From an uncultured Spirochaetota bacterium (lineage in GTDB: Bacteria > Spirochaetota > Brevinematia > Brevinematales > JAOACQ01), in assembly GCA_963768055.1 (NCBI GenBank), contig CAVYGN010000002.1, forward strand, positions 96,001-160,000: a stretch of DNA of 64,000 bases, written 5' to 3'. The position numbers and the translations under genes are program-made. The notes under the pieces are model-generated. The model saw only the letters and a list, made by a program, of their open reading frames with translations, ran no database searches and was not told where the DNA came from. Each line of letters starts with the position of its first letter. The first letter of the stretch is position 1. Positions 28,208-38,809 of the stretch are shown here, one piece after another.

Positions 28208-29506
28208 ATGAAATCATATCTGTATCTTATCTGCTTTTTTTTTCTTTCCTGTACTGTCGTCCCTAACTCCCGTTACACAGGCGATTTTAATCTCAAAGAA
28301 TTTAGCTGGCTGTGCGGCAGAAAAATTTTCCTGGACCCGGGCCATGGGGGGACGGGAAAAAGCGACAGTTTCAGGGTGGCGCCCAACGGCCTCACCGAGG
28401 AAGAGGTAAACCTTAAAGTATCCCTTATACTGCGCGATATGCTCACAGGCGCCGGCGCGGTTGTATGTATGAGCCGGGAAAGCGATGTTAAAGTACCGCT
28501 TAAGTCCAGGGTGGAAAAAGCTCACGATTTCAACCCTGATATTTTTATAAGCATGCATCACAACGGGAGCCCCAGAAGGATTGACGGCGTAAACTATCCC
28601 CTGGTTTTGATCTGGGGCAACGCAGAATGCAGGCCCGAAAGTTATGAGTTTGCAGGGCTTCTCCTTGAGGAATTCGAAAAGATCATGAAAAAAAAGGGGC
28701 TTATAGTTTCGGATCTTTCTTTATTTACTGAAAGCGGATCAATGGTTTTAAGGGAAACCCGGGCCGATTGTCCGGGAGTTATCGGAGAAGCAGGTTTTTA
28801 TTCCGATTATGATTTCGCGGAAAGGCTTAAAGACAAAGAATACAATCAAAAGGAAGCCGAAGCCTATTTTACTGCGATATCAAGGTATTTTATAACAGGA
28901 GTCCCAACAGCTGAGGTAATTTTACATGCCGGGATGTTTGCCGGCCCCATGATCGAAATTTCCGCCGATCCCGGGATAAAAGAGGCCGGGATCGAACCGG
29001 CTTCCATAACGGCCTCGCTTGACGGCCTTCCTGTCAAAATAAAATTATTGAAAGATAATAGATTCATTATCGATTATGGTAAAACTGTTTACCCGGGCGA
29101 TCACGAACTCAGGTTCCATTTCAGGAACACACTAGGCCGTTCAAGTATGTTCTATACCGCATGTTTTTCTATACCAGTCGGAAAGGGCGATTACCGGAGG
29201 CTCATTCGAAACGGCCTCGGCCTTATCAATAAAAAAGGGGCGTCAAATACGGCCGAGGGCCTTAAAATGCTCCTTTCCGCTTATTCCTTATCGGTTACGG
29301 ACCCTGGATCGGACGATATCCTTTGGAGTATCGCGTCCGCTTTTAACTACCTTGGCGAAAGGGGCAAAGCCTATTATTATTACTCCCTTCTTCGCGAGGG
29401 TTACCCGCAGTCAAAATACAGCGCCTTGCTCTCGAAATACGACCTGGGAGACAAATTGGTCGCAGATTACAAGGGCAAGGTCATTTATGCGAAATACGAG
29501 CAATAA
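28208..29506 (+). CDS. N-acetylmuramoyl-L-alanine amidase (Amidase_3) lipoprotein with C-terminal TPR-like region
   Basis: Lipobox FLSC; LDPGHGG, EEEVNL, ISMHHN, GEAGF. Confidence 0.88.
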   Translation: MKSYLYLICFFFLSCTVVPNSRYTGDFNLKEFSWLCGRKIFLDPGHGGTGKSDSFRVAPNGLTEEEVNLKVSLILRDMLTGAGAVVCMSRESDVKVPLKSRVEKAHDFNPDIFISMHHNGSPRRIDGVNYPLVLIWGNAECRPESYEFAGLLLEEFEKIMKKKGLIVSDLSLFTESGSMVLRETRADCPGVIGEAGFYSDYDFAERLKDKEYNQKEAEAYFTAISRYFITGVPTAEVILHAGMFAGPMIEISADPGIKEAGIEPASITASLDGLPVKIKLLKDNRFIIDYGKTVYPGDHELRFHFRNTLGRSSMFYTACFSIPVGKGDYRRLIRNGLGLINKKGASNTAEGLKMLLSAYSLSVTDPGSDDILWSIASAFNYLGERGKAYYYYSLLREGYPQSKYSALLSKYDLGDKLVADYKGKVIYAKYEQ

Positions 29507-29707
29507 AGGACTCGATTCAGAAACGATATGCTGTTCCAAAATCGAATAAGATCGTCCATTCAAAAGAACTCCCGCGGACATATTATGTTAAGATAGGAAA
29601 GTTTGCCGATTATACCGAATTATGTTATATTTTATAATTGTTATTATATGAAATAAAGAAGGATACCTTTATTGAAGATAAAAGATAACCCTTCATCAAG
29701 GAGTATT

Positions 29708-31072
29708 ATGATGAAAAGAATATTAATTATGCTGTCGGTTCTTATGCTTACCGGAAATATCTTTGCAGAGATAAGGACCATCAACCTCTCCAACGCTATT
29801 GAACTTGCAATCCGGAATAATCTTTCCATAGCAAAGTCGGAGAAGGAAATAGGCATAGCAGAGGCGCAGTACAACGAGTCTTTAGCCGATTTCGCGATGC
29901 CTTCAATAAACGGGAACGCAAGTTTCACCGAACTTGACCCGCAGACGGTCCAGGATGGAATTCTCAATTTCCCTTTGCCCCCGCAGTTTGCAGGATTGTT
30001 CCCGACGATCACCAATGTTTATCCCGATAATTACCATGCAGGAATATCGGTATCCAAGACCCTGTTCGCGGGATTCAGGCTCTGGAATTCCCTTTCAGTC
30101 AGGAAGGCGTATCTCGATCTGGCAAAGGCTAAGCTCAAAGACATGAAAAACGAAGTGGTTTCAAGCGTTACAACCTCTTTTTATAACCTTTTTCTTATCA
30201 GGGAAACAATTAAAAGCCAGGAGGATTATAACAGTTCCCTGAAAGACCATGTAACTTATACGAGCAACAGTTATATATCGGGAAATGCGACAGAGTTCGA
30301 TTTTATCACGGCTAACCTCAGATACAAGCTCAATATCCCGAAATTGACCGATCTGTCGAACAATCTTCTTAATGAAAAGCTGGTATTTTGCCAGCAGATG
30401 GGCATAAATGATCCCGGATCTGTCGAGATCGTCGGCGATCTTCTCGATACAACTAATATTTCTCTTCCTGTGACCAATAAGGACCAGATACTCAACCTAG
30501 CCCTTTCCAACGACATCAATCTGATGAGCATCGATGCTTCAATTAAAATAGCTAAGCTTTCCAAAGAAATCGTGGAGGGCGGAATGTATCCGTCGCTTTC
30601 AGCTTTCTTTAATTACGGATACGACCTGGGTAAGACAAATACTTTTGCCCCTGTGGAAAGGACATGGAATAGTTCCTGGAGCGCGGGCCTGCAGCTTTCG
30701 ATGTCTTTCGACAGCCTGATCCCCTACGCTTCGAAAACCTGGAACAGCGCCGATGAGGCGGAAAAAAATATCGAATCCCTGCTGTTGCAGAGAAGCATGA
30801 CCACTAACTCTGTGACCCTCCAGGTTCAATCGCTTCTCCTCCAGCTGGAAGAAGGCAGGGAGAATATCAGCGTTTCACTGGACGATGTCAATCTCGCTAA
30901 ACTGGGTTACCGCCTCGCTGACGCGAGGTACAAGGCGGGAAATTCGACAGAGCTTGAAGTAATCGATGCGGAGAATTCCGAGGTCGAAGCCGAGGCAAGG
31001 TGGTTTAAATCAATTTTCGATTATTACAGCGCCAACGTAAGACTTAACCGTCTTATCGGAGGGTTGTATTAG
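29708..31072 (+). CDS. TolC-family outer membrane efflux protein
   Basis: Signal peptide, LSNAIELAIRNN, YPSLS, RYKAGNSTELEVIDA. Confidence 0.88.
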   Translation: MMKRILIMLSVLMLTGNIFAEIRTINLSNAIELAIRNNLSIAKSEKEIGIAEAQYNESLADFAMPSINGNASFTELDPQTVQDGILNFPLPPQFAGLFPTITNVYPDNYHAGISVSKTLFAGFRLWNSLSVRKAYLDLAKAKLKDMKNEVVSSVTTSFYNLFLIRETIKSQEDYNSSLKDHVTYTSNSYISGNATEFDFITANLRYKLNIPKLTDLSNNLLNEKLVFCQQMGINDPGSVEIVGDLLDTTNISLPVTNKDQILNLALSNDINLMSIDASIKIAKLSKEIVEGGMYPSLSAFFNYGYDLGKTNTFAPVERTWNSSWSAGLQLSMSFDSLIPYASKTWNSADEAEKNIESLLLQRSMTTNSVTLQVQSLLLQLEEGRENISVSLDDVNLAKLGYRLADARYKAGNSTELEVIDAENSEVEAEARWFKSIFDYYSANVRLNRLIGGLY

Positions 31073-31131
31073 CGGCTATTTGGCGTAACTTTTTATAATT
31101 ATTATATTTTATTATAATCATAGAGGTAATT

Positions 31132-31602
31132 ATGACTGAACCTGTAATCGATACATTGGTAGATTCTTTTTCTTCCCTTATCCCCGTATTTATGAAGGTC
31201 CTCAAGCAAATCCAGTCCGAAGTACTTCAGGACAGTGAAATTTCAAGCGTTCATATGCAGATAATGTTTATTCTTAAACATGAGGGGCAGCTAAACATGT
31301 CGGCCCTGGGTAAAAAGTTAATGGCCCCAAAACCCAACGTGACGGTCTTTATCGATAAACTGATAGAACATGAATATGTGGAAAGGCTATACAATGATTC
31401 GGACAGGAGGGTTATTTCTATAAAGCTCACTGAATCGGGCCAAAACAGGATAGACGAACACCTGAAAGAAATGAAAAAATATTTCAGGCAGTTTATGAAA
31501 AGATTCAGCGAAGACGACCTGGAAATGCTGAAAAAATCGATTGAAAATGTAAATTATTTTGTTGAAAAATATAAAAATGACAAGGAGAAAAATAATGGCT
31601 GA
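31132..31602 (+). CDS. MarR family regulator
   Basis: VTVFIDKLIEHEYVER..SDRR..IKLTESG. Confidence 0.9.
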   Translation: MTEPVIDTLVDSFSSLIPVFMKVLKQIQSEVLQDSEISSVHMQIMFILKHEGQLNMSALGKKLMAPKPNVTVFIDKLIEHEYVERLYNDSDRRVISIKLTESGQNRIDEHLKEMKKYFRQFMKRFSEDDLEMLKKSIENVNYFVEKYKNDKEKNNG

Positions 31603-32530
31603 AAGACCTATGGGCTCGAAAGAAAAAAAAGGAAATAACAAATATCTCATTGGATTGATCGTTTTAATCGCCTTATTAGCAGGGGGCTGGTTCTGGTATG
31701 TGTTCGTTAACGGTTCCATAACAATAGACGACGCTTATATCGATAGAGACAAGGTTTCAATCAGCCCGAAGATGCTCGGTAAAATCGCCAGATTTTACGT
31801 ACAGGAAGGGGACAGGGTAACAAACGGCCAGGTGCTTGTAGTACTCGATAAATCGACCCTTTTAGCGCAGGAAAGCCAGGCCATGGCATCTTACAATGTC
31901 TCCCTGGGCAACATTGAATCGGCAAAAGTAAACCTTGAAAGGGCGCAGGACGATTACACGCGCGCGGATACACAGTTTAAAAGTTCGGTTATTACGGTCG
32001 AACAGTATTCACATGCTAAAAAAGCCCTTGAGGCCGCAAAAGCCTCATACGGCGTAGCTCTTAGCCAGGCCAATATGTCTTTAGCCCAGCTTAACCTTAC
32101 AAGGGTTAATCTTAATGACATGACCCTTTCCTCACCGTTTAAAGGCGTAGTCGCCAAGAAATGGCTCATGGAAGGGGATGTCGCCCAGCCGGGCGAGGCT
32201 GTCCTGACCGTAAACGATACTGAAGATATATGGGTGACTGCGAATATCGAAGAGGTCAATATGTCAAGCTTCAGGGTCGGAAAGGAAGTCTCGATCCATG
32301 TCGATGCATACCCGGGCATTCCTTTTAAGGGTAAGGTCAGGGAAATAGGATCCGATACGGGTTCTCAATTCTCGCTGATCCCGCCTAATAACGCTTCGGG
32401 AAACTTCACTAAAGTTACCCAGAGGATACCGGTAAAAATATCGATCGAAACCGTCGATCCATCCCAAGAGTCGTCTGCAGATCTCCTGCCGGGTATGTCG
32501 GTTGAGGTGGTAATAAAAAAAAGAGGTTAA
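31595..32530 (+). CDS. EmrA/HlyD-family membrane fusion protein
   Basis: DDAYI, SPFKGVV, FSLIPPNNASGNFTKVTQRIPVKI, LLPGMSV. Confidence 0.92.
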   Translation: MAERPMGSKEKKGNNKYLIGLIVLIALLAGGWFWYVFVNGSITIDDAYIDRDKVSISPKMLGKIARFYVQEGDRVTNGQVLVVLDKSTLLAQESQAMASYNVSLGNIESAKVNLERAQDDYTRADTQFKSSVITVEQYSHAKKALEAAKASYGVALSQANMSLAQLNLTRVNLNDMTLSSPFKGVVAKKWLMEGDVAQPGEAVLTVNDTEDIWVTANIEEVNMSSFRVGKEVSIHVDAYPGIPFKGKVREIGSDTGSQFSLIPPNNASGNFTKVTQRIPVKISIETVDPSQESSADLLPGMSVEVVIKKRG

Positions 32531-32539
32531 CATAAGTTT

Positions 32540-34156
32540 ATGCCGGAAAATAGTAGATTCAGACGGGGGGGCGGTTTTCTTCCCCGCGCCAATCATGATC
32601 ATGATTATTATCCATGGCTTGTCCTGATAAACGTAATGGTTGGAACATTCATGGCCGTGCTGGATTCGACTATAGTCAATGTCGGCCTTACAAATATAAT
32701 GAACACATTCGGTACAAGCGTGGACAAAATCGAATGGATCATGACCGGATATATGCTTGTCATGGCGGTAATGCTTCCGGCCTCCGGATGGATCGCCGAC
32801 CATTTCGGCTACAAGAGGAGCTATTTTGCGGCCCTGTTTTTTTTCACCCTGGGTTCCCTCCTCTGCGGATTCGCATGGAACGAGACGGTACTGATCGCTT
32901 GCCGGGTCATCCAGGGATTGGGCGCCGGGCTCCTTATGCCGGTCGGAATGGCGATTCTCACCAGGACATTTCCCCCTGAAAAAAGAGGAATGGCGCTTGG
33001 TTTCTGGGGGATCGCCGCAGCGGCTTCAGTTTCCTTCGGCCCTGTAATCGGCGGATACCTGATAGATAATTTCAGCTGGCATGCAATATTTCTAGTGAAT
33101 ATCCCTGTCGGCATATTAGGGCTGGCGGCCACCGTCATCATCCAGAAGGAATACAGGACAGAAAAAGCGCGTTCATTCGATTTCGGTGGAGCTATATCGA
33201 TGGCGGTTTTCCTGACATTCCTTCTTCTAGCGCTTGCATGCGGAAATTCCTCATGGAACACCGACGGATGGCATTCCAATTTCATCATCACCTGCTTTGT
33301 TTTGTCAGCTATAGGCTTTGCCACTTTCCTCTACTTTGATCTGCGAATAGAGCACCCCCTTATCGATTTGAGGCTGCTTAAGGACTTCAACTTTTCGATA
33401 GCGAATATAGTGTTCTTCATATTCGGTTTCGGGATGTTCGGAAGCACCTTCCTGCTCCCTCTATATCTGCAGAATTCCCTTGGTTACACGGCTCTTCAGG
33501 CAGGGATGGTTTTTCTTCCTATCGGGATTTTGCAGGCCATAATGTCGCCTGTTTCCGGGGTATTGGCGGACAGGATCAATCCGAAAATCCCGGCATTCAT
33601 CGGCATAGTTTTGCTCGGCATAGGCCTTCACATGCAGAATTATCTCTCTCTCGATTCAAGCAACTTTCAGATAGTACTTCCCCTTTTAGTGAGGGGAATA
33701 GGCATGGGAATGATCATCGCCCCGCTCGGCACCCTGGCCATGTCCAAAATGCCCCCGCAGAAACTCGCCCAGGCCTCGGGCCTCTTCAACGTTATTCGCC
33801 AGATCGGCGGCAGTTTCGGCGTCGCGGTCATGGGAACTATCCTTTCCCACCAGGTTGTCATACACTCGGCGAATTATTTTCAGGCGGTAAACAGGTATTC
33901 CCCCGCGTTTCAGCATTCCGTACTCGGGACAAGGACAATGATCGAACAATTTTCAGGGAAGAACATCGGCGACGCGCTTGCTATCTCGCAAATGTCTATC
34001 TTTCAGAACGCGGCGAATCAGGCCTTTGTCCAGGCTGTATGCGACGATTTCCTTATCGCAGGGCTGGCTACTTTCTTCTGTCTCATTCCTCTCCTGATGC
34101 TGAGATACCAGAAGAAAGAAAATGCCAAAGGCGTTTCAGTATCGAGCATGGAATAA
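32540..34156 (+). CDS. EmrB/QacA (DHA2) MFS efflux permease
   Basis: FMAVLDSTIVNV, GWIADHFG, FGPVIGG, FLVNIPVG, RQIGGSFG; about 14 TMs. Confidence 0.93.
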   Translation: MPENSRFRRGGGFLPRANHDHDYYPWLVLINVMVGTFMAVLDSTIVNVGLTNIMNTFGTSVDKIEWIMTGYMLVMAVMLPASGWIADHFGYKRSYFAALFFFTLGSLLCGFAWNETVLIACRVIQGLGAGLLMPVGMAILTRTFPPEKRGMALGFWGIAAAASVSFGPVIGGYLIDNFSWHAIFLVNIPVGILGLAATVIIQKEYRTEKARSFDFGGAISMAVFLTFLLLALACGNSSWNTDGWHSNFIITCFVLSAIGFATFLYFDLRIEHPLIDLRLLKDFNFSIANIVFFIFGFGMFGSTFLLPLYLQNSLGYTALQAGMVFLPIGILQAIMSPVSGVLADRINPKIPAFIGIVLLGIGLHMQNYLSLDSSNFQIVLPLLVRGIGMGMIIAPLGTLAMSKMPPQKLAQASGLFNVIRQIGGSFGVAVMGTILSHQVVIHSANYFQAVNRYSPAFQHSVLGTRTMIEQFSGKNIGDALAISQMSIFQNAANQAFVQAVCDDFLIAGLATFFCLIPLLMLRYQKKENAKGVSVSSME

Positions 34157-34182
34157 ATCGTAATAATGGAGGTGATTTAATT

Positions 34183-34941
34183 ATGAAAATGTCGGGAAAT
34201 ACAGTGCTCATCACCGGTGGCGCAACCGGGATAGGATTCGCGCTCGCAGAGTCCTTTCTTGCCGCCGGAAACGAGGTGATTATCTGCGGCCGCAGGAAAG
34301 ACCGCCTTGCCGAAGCGCAGAAGAAACTTCCCGCCCTGAAAACCAGGCAATGCGACCTTATAGACGACAAAGAGAGAAAATCCCTTACCGAATGGATAAC
34401 TTCAAATTTCAAAAATCTTAATGTACTTATAAATAACGCCGGCATCCAGAAGGATATAGATCTTAAAAAAGGAACTGATGAACTCCTGCACGGAGAAGAC
34501 GAAATTAATATAAATCTTGAAGCGCCTATTATTCTGACCGCTATGCTTATCCCTTTCCTGATGAAAGCGAAAGACCCGGTTATAATAAACGTATCATCGG
34601 GATTGGGATTCGTTCCGGCTGCCGGAATGCCTGTATACTGCGCCACAAAAGCCGCTCTCCATTCTTTCACCATGTCGCTCAGATATCAGCTCAGGGAAAA
34701 CGGCATAAAGGTTTACGAACTTATTCCGCCGGGAGTCGATACGGAGCTTAATCCCGAAGGAAGGGCGAAGAGAAAATACGGCAGCACCGGAGTCCAGCCT
34801 GCCGAATTCGCTGAGGCCGTTATGAAGGGGCTTCAAAACGACAGCGCCGAAATAGGCTATTCATACACGGAAAACTTCAGAAAAGCCTCCAGGGAAGAAC
34901 TGGACGAACGGTTTCAAGCCATGAACGAAAGGTGGAAATAA
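34183..34941 (+). CDS. DltE-like SDR oxidoreductase
   Basis: ITGGATGIG, NNAG, NVSSGL, YCATK; start ATG 34183 after GGAGG. Confidence 0.9.
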   Translation: MKMSGNTVLITGGATGIGFALAESFLAAGNEVIICGRRKDRLAEAQKKLPALKTRQCDLIDDKERKSLTEWITSNFKNLNVLINNAGIQKDIDLKKGTDELLHGEDEININLEAPIILTAMLIPFLMKAKDPVIINVSSGLGFVPAAGMPVYCATKAALHSFTMSLRYQLRENGIKVYELIPPGVDTELNPEGRAKRKYGSTGVQPAEFAEAVMKGLQNDSAEIGYSYTENFRKASREELDERFQAMNERWK

Positions 34942-34945
34942 ACGG

Positions 34946-35203
34946 ATGGACTGCCGTACCGGGTGCGGCGCTTGCTGCATCGCAATATCTATTTCATCCC
35001 CCATCCCCGGGATGCCGGGCGGGAAACCCGCGGGAGTAATATGCCCTCACCTGTGCGGCAATTATACATGCCTGATTTACAATGACAGGCCGGATGTCTG
35101 CCGTAATTTCAGGGCCGACCAGGACTACTGTGGAGTATCGAGGGAAATGGCCCTTGAAAATCTTAAAAGGCTGGAAGAAGCCACTGACCCGCATCTACCT
35201 TGA
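34946..35203 (+). CDS. YkgJ family cysteine-cluster protein
   Basis: CRTGCGACC...CPHL...CLIY..RP.VC. Confidence 0.88.
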   Translation: MDCRTGCGACCIAISISSPIPGMPGGKPAGVICPHLCGNYTCLIYNDRPDVCRNFRADQDYCGVSREMALENLKRLEEATDPHLP

Positions 35204-37264
35204 TTCGCCATTCATATCCCTGAGAACGTTAAAGGCTTCGTCGGCGTAAATATCTTTAACAAGGCTCTTAAGGTATGATTCCATTTTATCCTTTCTATCG
35301 CCGTAATCTCCTTCTTCCTTTTCACCCTCCGGTATGCTGGCAGTGAAAAAGTTAGTCCCTTCGAGGAGCCGGTTGATCCTGTCGCCGAGTTCTTTAGCTA
35401 TCTTTTGTTCGTTCATAAGCCTTGAAAGCTGAAGGATTTTAGGATTATCCATCTCCTGCTTCATAATCTGGGAATTGGATGCAATAAGATTGAATATTTC
35501 ATTTTTACCGACCCTTTCTCTGCTTTTAGCCCTCAAAACATCGATATTATAAGAAGCATCCCATTTTGAATAACTCAAAACCCTCGTACTGTCCCATGGC
35601 AGCGGATAATCCATCGAACTCTCCCCCATGTCCATTACACTGTAAGGATCGGGAAGGGGAATATCACCGGTAACTCCCTTCAGCTGCGTCGAATCTCCAT
35701 TGATCCTGTAAAACTTCTGAACAGTCAGCTTAACTGAGCCCAGAGGCTTCAAATCATTGAATAATAGAAGGCTATCCAGGTCGACCGGCTGCTGCACAGT
35801 CCCCTTGCCGAAGGTGCGGTCGCCGAGGATCACGGCGCGGCCATAATCCTGAAGCGCTGCGGCGACGATTTCAGAAGCTGAAGCGCTAAAGGAATTGATC
35901 ATTACGACCAGGGGACCTGTATAAACAATATCGGGGTCTGGATCCATATATACCCTGGATCTTCCACGCCCGTCTCTTACCTGAACGACAGGCCCGTTTT
36001 TAATGAAAAGCCCGGCTGTGCGAATAGCGTCTTCGAGTGCGCCTCCTCCATTATTCCTTAAATCCAGGATGATCCCTGAAACGTTTTCATTTTTCAGGTT
36101 TTCAAGCTCTTTTTTCATATCGTCCGAAGCATTCCTGCCGTCTTTGTTATTAAAATCACGGTAAAACAGGGGAAGATAAATATAACCGTATTTTTTACCG
36201 GTATTAGCATCATTGATTATATCGGACCTGACATAAGTATCTTCCAGGACAACTTTATCCCTGACAATCGGAATGATCTTTATCCGTCCGTCGGGTTTTT
36301 TTACAGTCAGGCGTACTTCTGTTCCCTTAGGACCCCTTATTAATTTTACAACGTCTTTAACAACCATATTCGCGATATCGGTAGGTTCGTTCGTGCTCTG
36401 CCCTACTTTTAATATTATATCCCCGCTTTTAAGGATATTCTGGCGCCATGCAGCGCTGCCGGGAATAATCTCCTGCACCTTTATAACATCTCCTTCCTCT
36501 TTGAGCTGCGCGCCTATACCCTCGAAAGTCCCGCTGATCGTCATATCGAAATCCGTTTTATCGATCGGGGACATAAATGAAGTATGAGGATCGAAAGTCT
36601 CTGCGATAACATTCAGATACCGGTAAAACTGGTCTTCCTCCTTTTCATCAAGCATTCTATCGAGCATCTGGTTGAAACTTTTGGATACTTTTTCCCTTGC
36701 GCTCTTTTCAACATCAGGCTGGAAAGAAACATCCTCATTGGATTTTTCAGATTCAACCTCCAGATATTGCTGAAGGACCTCATATTTAAGATACTTTCGC
36801 AAAAATTCCTTTTCTTCACCAACCGTTGTACAATAATCGAGTTTTTTAGGATTAAATTCCACCGTTTCGTTCTCATTCAAATCGAACGGTTTTGCCAGGA
36901 TTTCGTTGCCATAAAGCCTTACATCCTTTATCCTCTTATTCATAATGGCCCTGGATGCGTCGAGGATGCTCGTATCGGCTTCCAGAAAATCCTCTCCCAT
37001 CTGTGTTTCAAAACGGCCCAGATTATCAATATCTTCCTTCAGCAGAAACCTCTTATAGTAATCAAGATTTTTTAAATAAAGGTTAAAGGCATTTGTTGAA
37101 AAAGTAGGATTGAAGTCACCGCCGCTGTAATGCTCCTTAAGGATTTCATCCATCAATTTCATTGTGACCTTTTCCTTTTGCCCCGTTTCGGTACCGCCAA
37201 GCGGAACAAGAGCCAGGGTAAAGAAAAATATAACCATAAAATATTTTTTTAAAAGCTTACACAT
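35195..37264 (-). CDS. prc: Carboxy-terminal processing protease Prc/Tsp (S41A, long form)
   Basis: DPHT, EGIGA, PDZ, LDLRNNGGG, SASASEI, TFGKGTVQ, KFYRING.STQ.KGV, C-terminal LPWD extension. Confidence 0.88.
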   Translation of the reverse strand: MCKLLKKYFMVIFFFTLALVPLGGTETGQKEKVTMKLMDEILKEHYSGGDFNPTFSTNAFNLYLKNLDYYKRFLLKEDIDNLGRFETQMGEDFLEADTSILDASRAIMNKRIKDVRLYGNEILAKPFDLNENETVEFNPKKLDYCTTVGEEKEFLRKYLKYEVLQQYLEVESEKSNEDVSFQPDVEKSAREKVSKSFNQMLDRMLDEKEEDQFYRYLNVIAETFDPHTSFMSPIDKTDFDMTISGTFEGIGAQLKEEGDVIKVQEIIPGSAAWRQNILKSGDIILKVGQSTNEPTDIANMVVKDVVKLIRGPKGTEVRLTVKKPDGRIKIIPIVRDKVVLEDTYVRSDIINDANTGKKYGYIYLPLFYRDFNNKDGRNASDDMKKELENLKNENVSGIILDLRNNGGGALEDAIRTAGLFIKNGPVVQVRDGRGRSRVYMDPDPDIVYTGPLVVMINSFSASASEIVAAALQDYGRAVILGDRTFGKGTVQQPVDLDSLLLFNDLKPLGSVKLTVQKFYRINGDSTQLKGVTGDIPLPDPYSVMDMGESSMDYPLPWDSTRVLSYSKWDASYNIDVLRAKSRERVGKNEIFNLIASNSQIMKQEMDNPKILQLSRLMNEQKIAKELGDRINRLLEGTNFFTASIPEGEKEEGDYGDRKDKMESYLKSLVKDIYADEAFNVLRDMNGESR

Positions 37265-38241
37265 TACATGCTCCTGTGATAATTTTCTTGCTGATTTCCA
37301 TTAAAATTAATCTTCAAATCGATTATAAATTCCGGCCTTCCTTTTACTTCATCGAACACGCTCCCGATATACTCACCCAGAACTCCTATAGTCATGAGTT
37401 GAACCCCGCCGAAAAAAACGAGGGTTATTATAGTTGAAGCCCAGCCGGGAACTGTTTTAATAATATTGGAGAATTTTGCTATAAAGACGTACACGATCAA
37501 AGCAAGCCCGATGATAATGCTTAAAAATCCCAGGCCCATAGCAATTTTAAGCGGTTTTTTTGTAAAATAAAGGAGACCGGTAGTGGCGAAGGAAAACATC
37601 TTCTTTAAAGGATACTTAGTCTCGCCGGCCTTCCTCGGATCGCGGGTGTAATAAAAAGGAGATTGACTGAATCCAATCCAGCTTACCAATCCTCGTATAT
37701 ACTTATTCCTTTCTTTAAGGCTTTTAAATGCATCTATTACTTTCCTGTCGATCAGCCGGAAATCGCCGGTATCGAGGGGAATAGGAGTCTCGGAAAGATA
37801 GCTCAGAGTCCTGTAGAAAAGCGCTGAACTCAATTTCTTAAAAAACGATTCCCCGCGCCTCTTTACACGCATTCCATAAACAACATTATATCCTTTTTCA
37901 AGATGGATCTTTATCATATCGGGAATAAGTTCAGGTGGGTCCTGAAGATCCGCATCAATAATCACAGCGACATCTCCGCGCGTATTATTGATCCCCGCCG
38001 ATACCGCCGCCTGGTGGCCGAAATTCCTTGAAAAGCTGATTATTTTAACATTTTTATCATCGGCCGCTATTTCTTCGAGAAATTCCATGGTTCTATCCCT
38101 GCTGCCGTCATTTATGAATATAATCTCGAAGCCGTTAAATCCGCCAGCTGTTAATACAGCCTTAACCCTGCTGTAAGTCTCTTTTATTACATCCTGTTCA
38201 TTATAGCATGGTATGATGACAGATACGAAAACGGAACTCAT
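37264..38241 (-). CDS. GT2 polyprenol-phosphate glycosyltransferase (GtrB/YkoT-like)
   Basis: IPCYNE, NDGSRD, SRNFGHQ, DADLQDPP, two C-terminal TMs, EVKGRP. Confidence 0.92.
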   Translation of the reverse strand: MSSVFVSVIIPCYNEQDVIKETYSRVKAVLTAGGFNGFEIIFINDGSRDRTMEFLEEIAADDKNVKIISFSRNFGHQAAVSAGINNTRGDVAVIIDADLQDPPELIPDMIKIHLEKGYNVVYGMRVKRRGESFFKKLSSALFYRTLSYLSETPIPLDTGDFRLIDRKVIDAFKSLKERNKYIRGLVSWIGFSQSPFYYTRDPRKAGETKYPLKKMFSFATTGLLYFTKKPLKIAMGLGFLSIIIGLALIVYVFIAKFSNIIKTVPGWASTIITLVFFGGVQLMTIGVLGEYIGSVFDEVKGRPEFIIDLKINFNGNQQENYHRSM

Positions 38242-38294
38242 CTACGACCACTCCCCTGGCCGCAATTGTGCGGTGATATAGTTAATTGACTAAT

Positions 38295-38405
38295 GGGCGG
38301 TTCCAAAAACTAGATTCTTGGAAAACAATAGTAAAAACGAATCTAATAATTCCGCCCAATGGGCACTACCTTGCTGCCCCAAAGGGGCAGTTATTAGAAG
38401 TGCCC
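38295..38405. mobile_element. MITE-like element copy A (111 bp) with TAAT target-site duplication
   Basis: Imperfect ends GGGCGGTTCCAAAAACT / AGTTATTAGAAGTGCCC; TAAT at both 38291-38294 and 38406-38409. Confidence 0.65.
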
Positions 38406-38444
38406 TAATAATAAATTGCAGCGGGAATAAAATCAAGAAAATGT

Positions 38445-38548
38445 GAATCGATCAATATGCAGATCCGTTATGAAGTAAATTTTTTCCAGGCGGTATTCGA
38501 CAGCATTTGTGTTGAAAGCATAATCTGCTAAGTTACAAAATGATGGCA
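38445..38548. repeat. Solo copy of the about 100-bp arm also found at 55228-55331
   Basis: Near-identical alignment, including GAAGTAAATTTTTTCC, GTATTCGACAGC and ATCTGCTAAGTTACAAAATGA. Confidence 0.85.
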
Positions 38549-38600
38549 GTAATGTCATTTCGAGTGTCGCCCTACCGGGCTTCTCGAAATGATGACCTGA

Positions 38601-38711
38601 GGGCACTTCTAAAAACCGCCTTTTCAAGGCGGCAAGGTAGTGCCCATTGGGCGGTTTCATTATGATTAAAACATCTTTTATTACTAACAAAGTTAGTTTT
38701 TGGAACCGCCC
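38601..38711. mobile_element. MITE-like element copy B, inverted relative to copy A
   Basis: GGGCACTTCTAAAAAC...GCAAGGTAGTGCCCATTGGGCGG...AGTTTTTGGAACCGCCC approximates the reverse complement of 38295-38405. Confidence 0.7.
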
Positions 38712-38809
38712 TTAAATATCAACAATAATAACCGGTATTTCTTGAAATTATTATATTTAAAGATTATATTAGTCTCGTATTAAACAAAATTCATTCTTAG
38801 GGGGTTTTT

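Noticed and set aside
29620..29650. TTTTATAATT(G/A)TTAT shared with 31090-31104 as a MarR box
   Set aside because: Plausible, but too AT-rich and low-complexity to support by eye
38433..38690. 85-aa ORF; likewise 55311..55511, 54134..54631 and 59614..59871
   Set aside because: These run through repeats or antisense to real genes and show no RBS or motif
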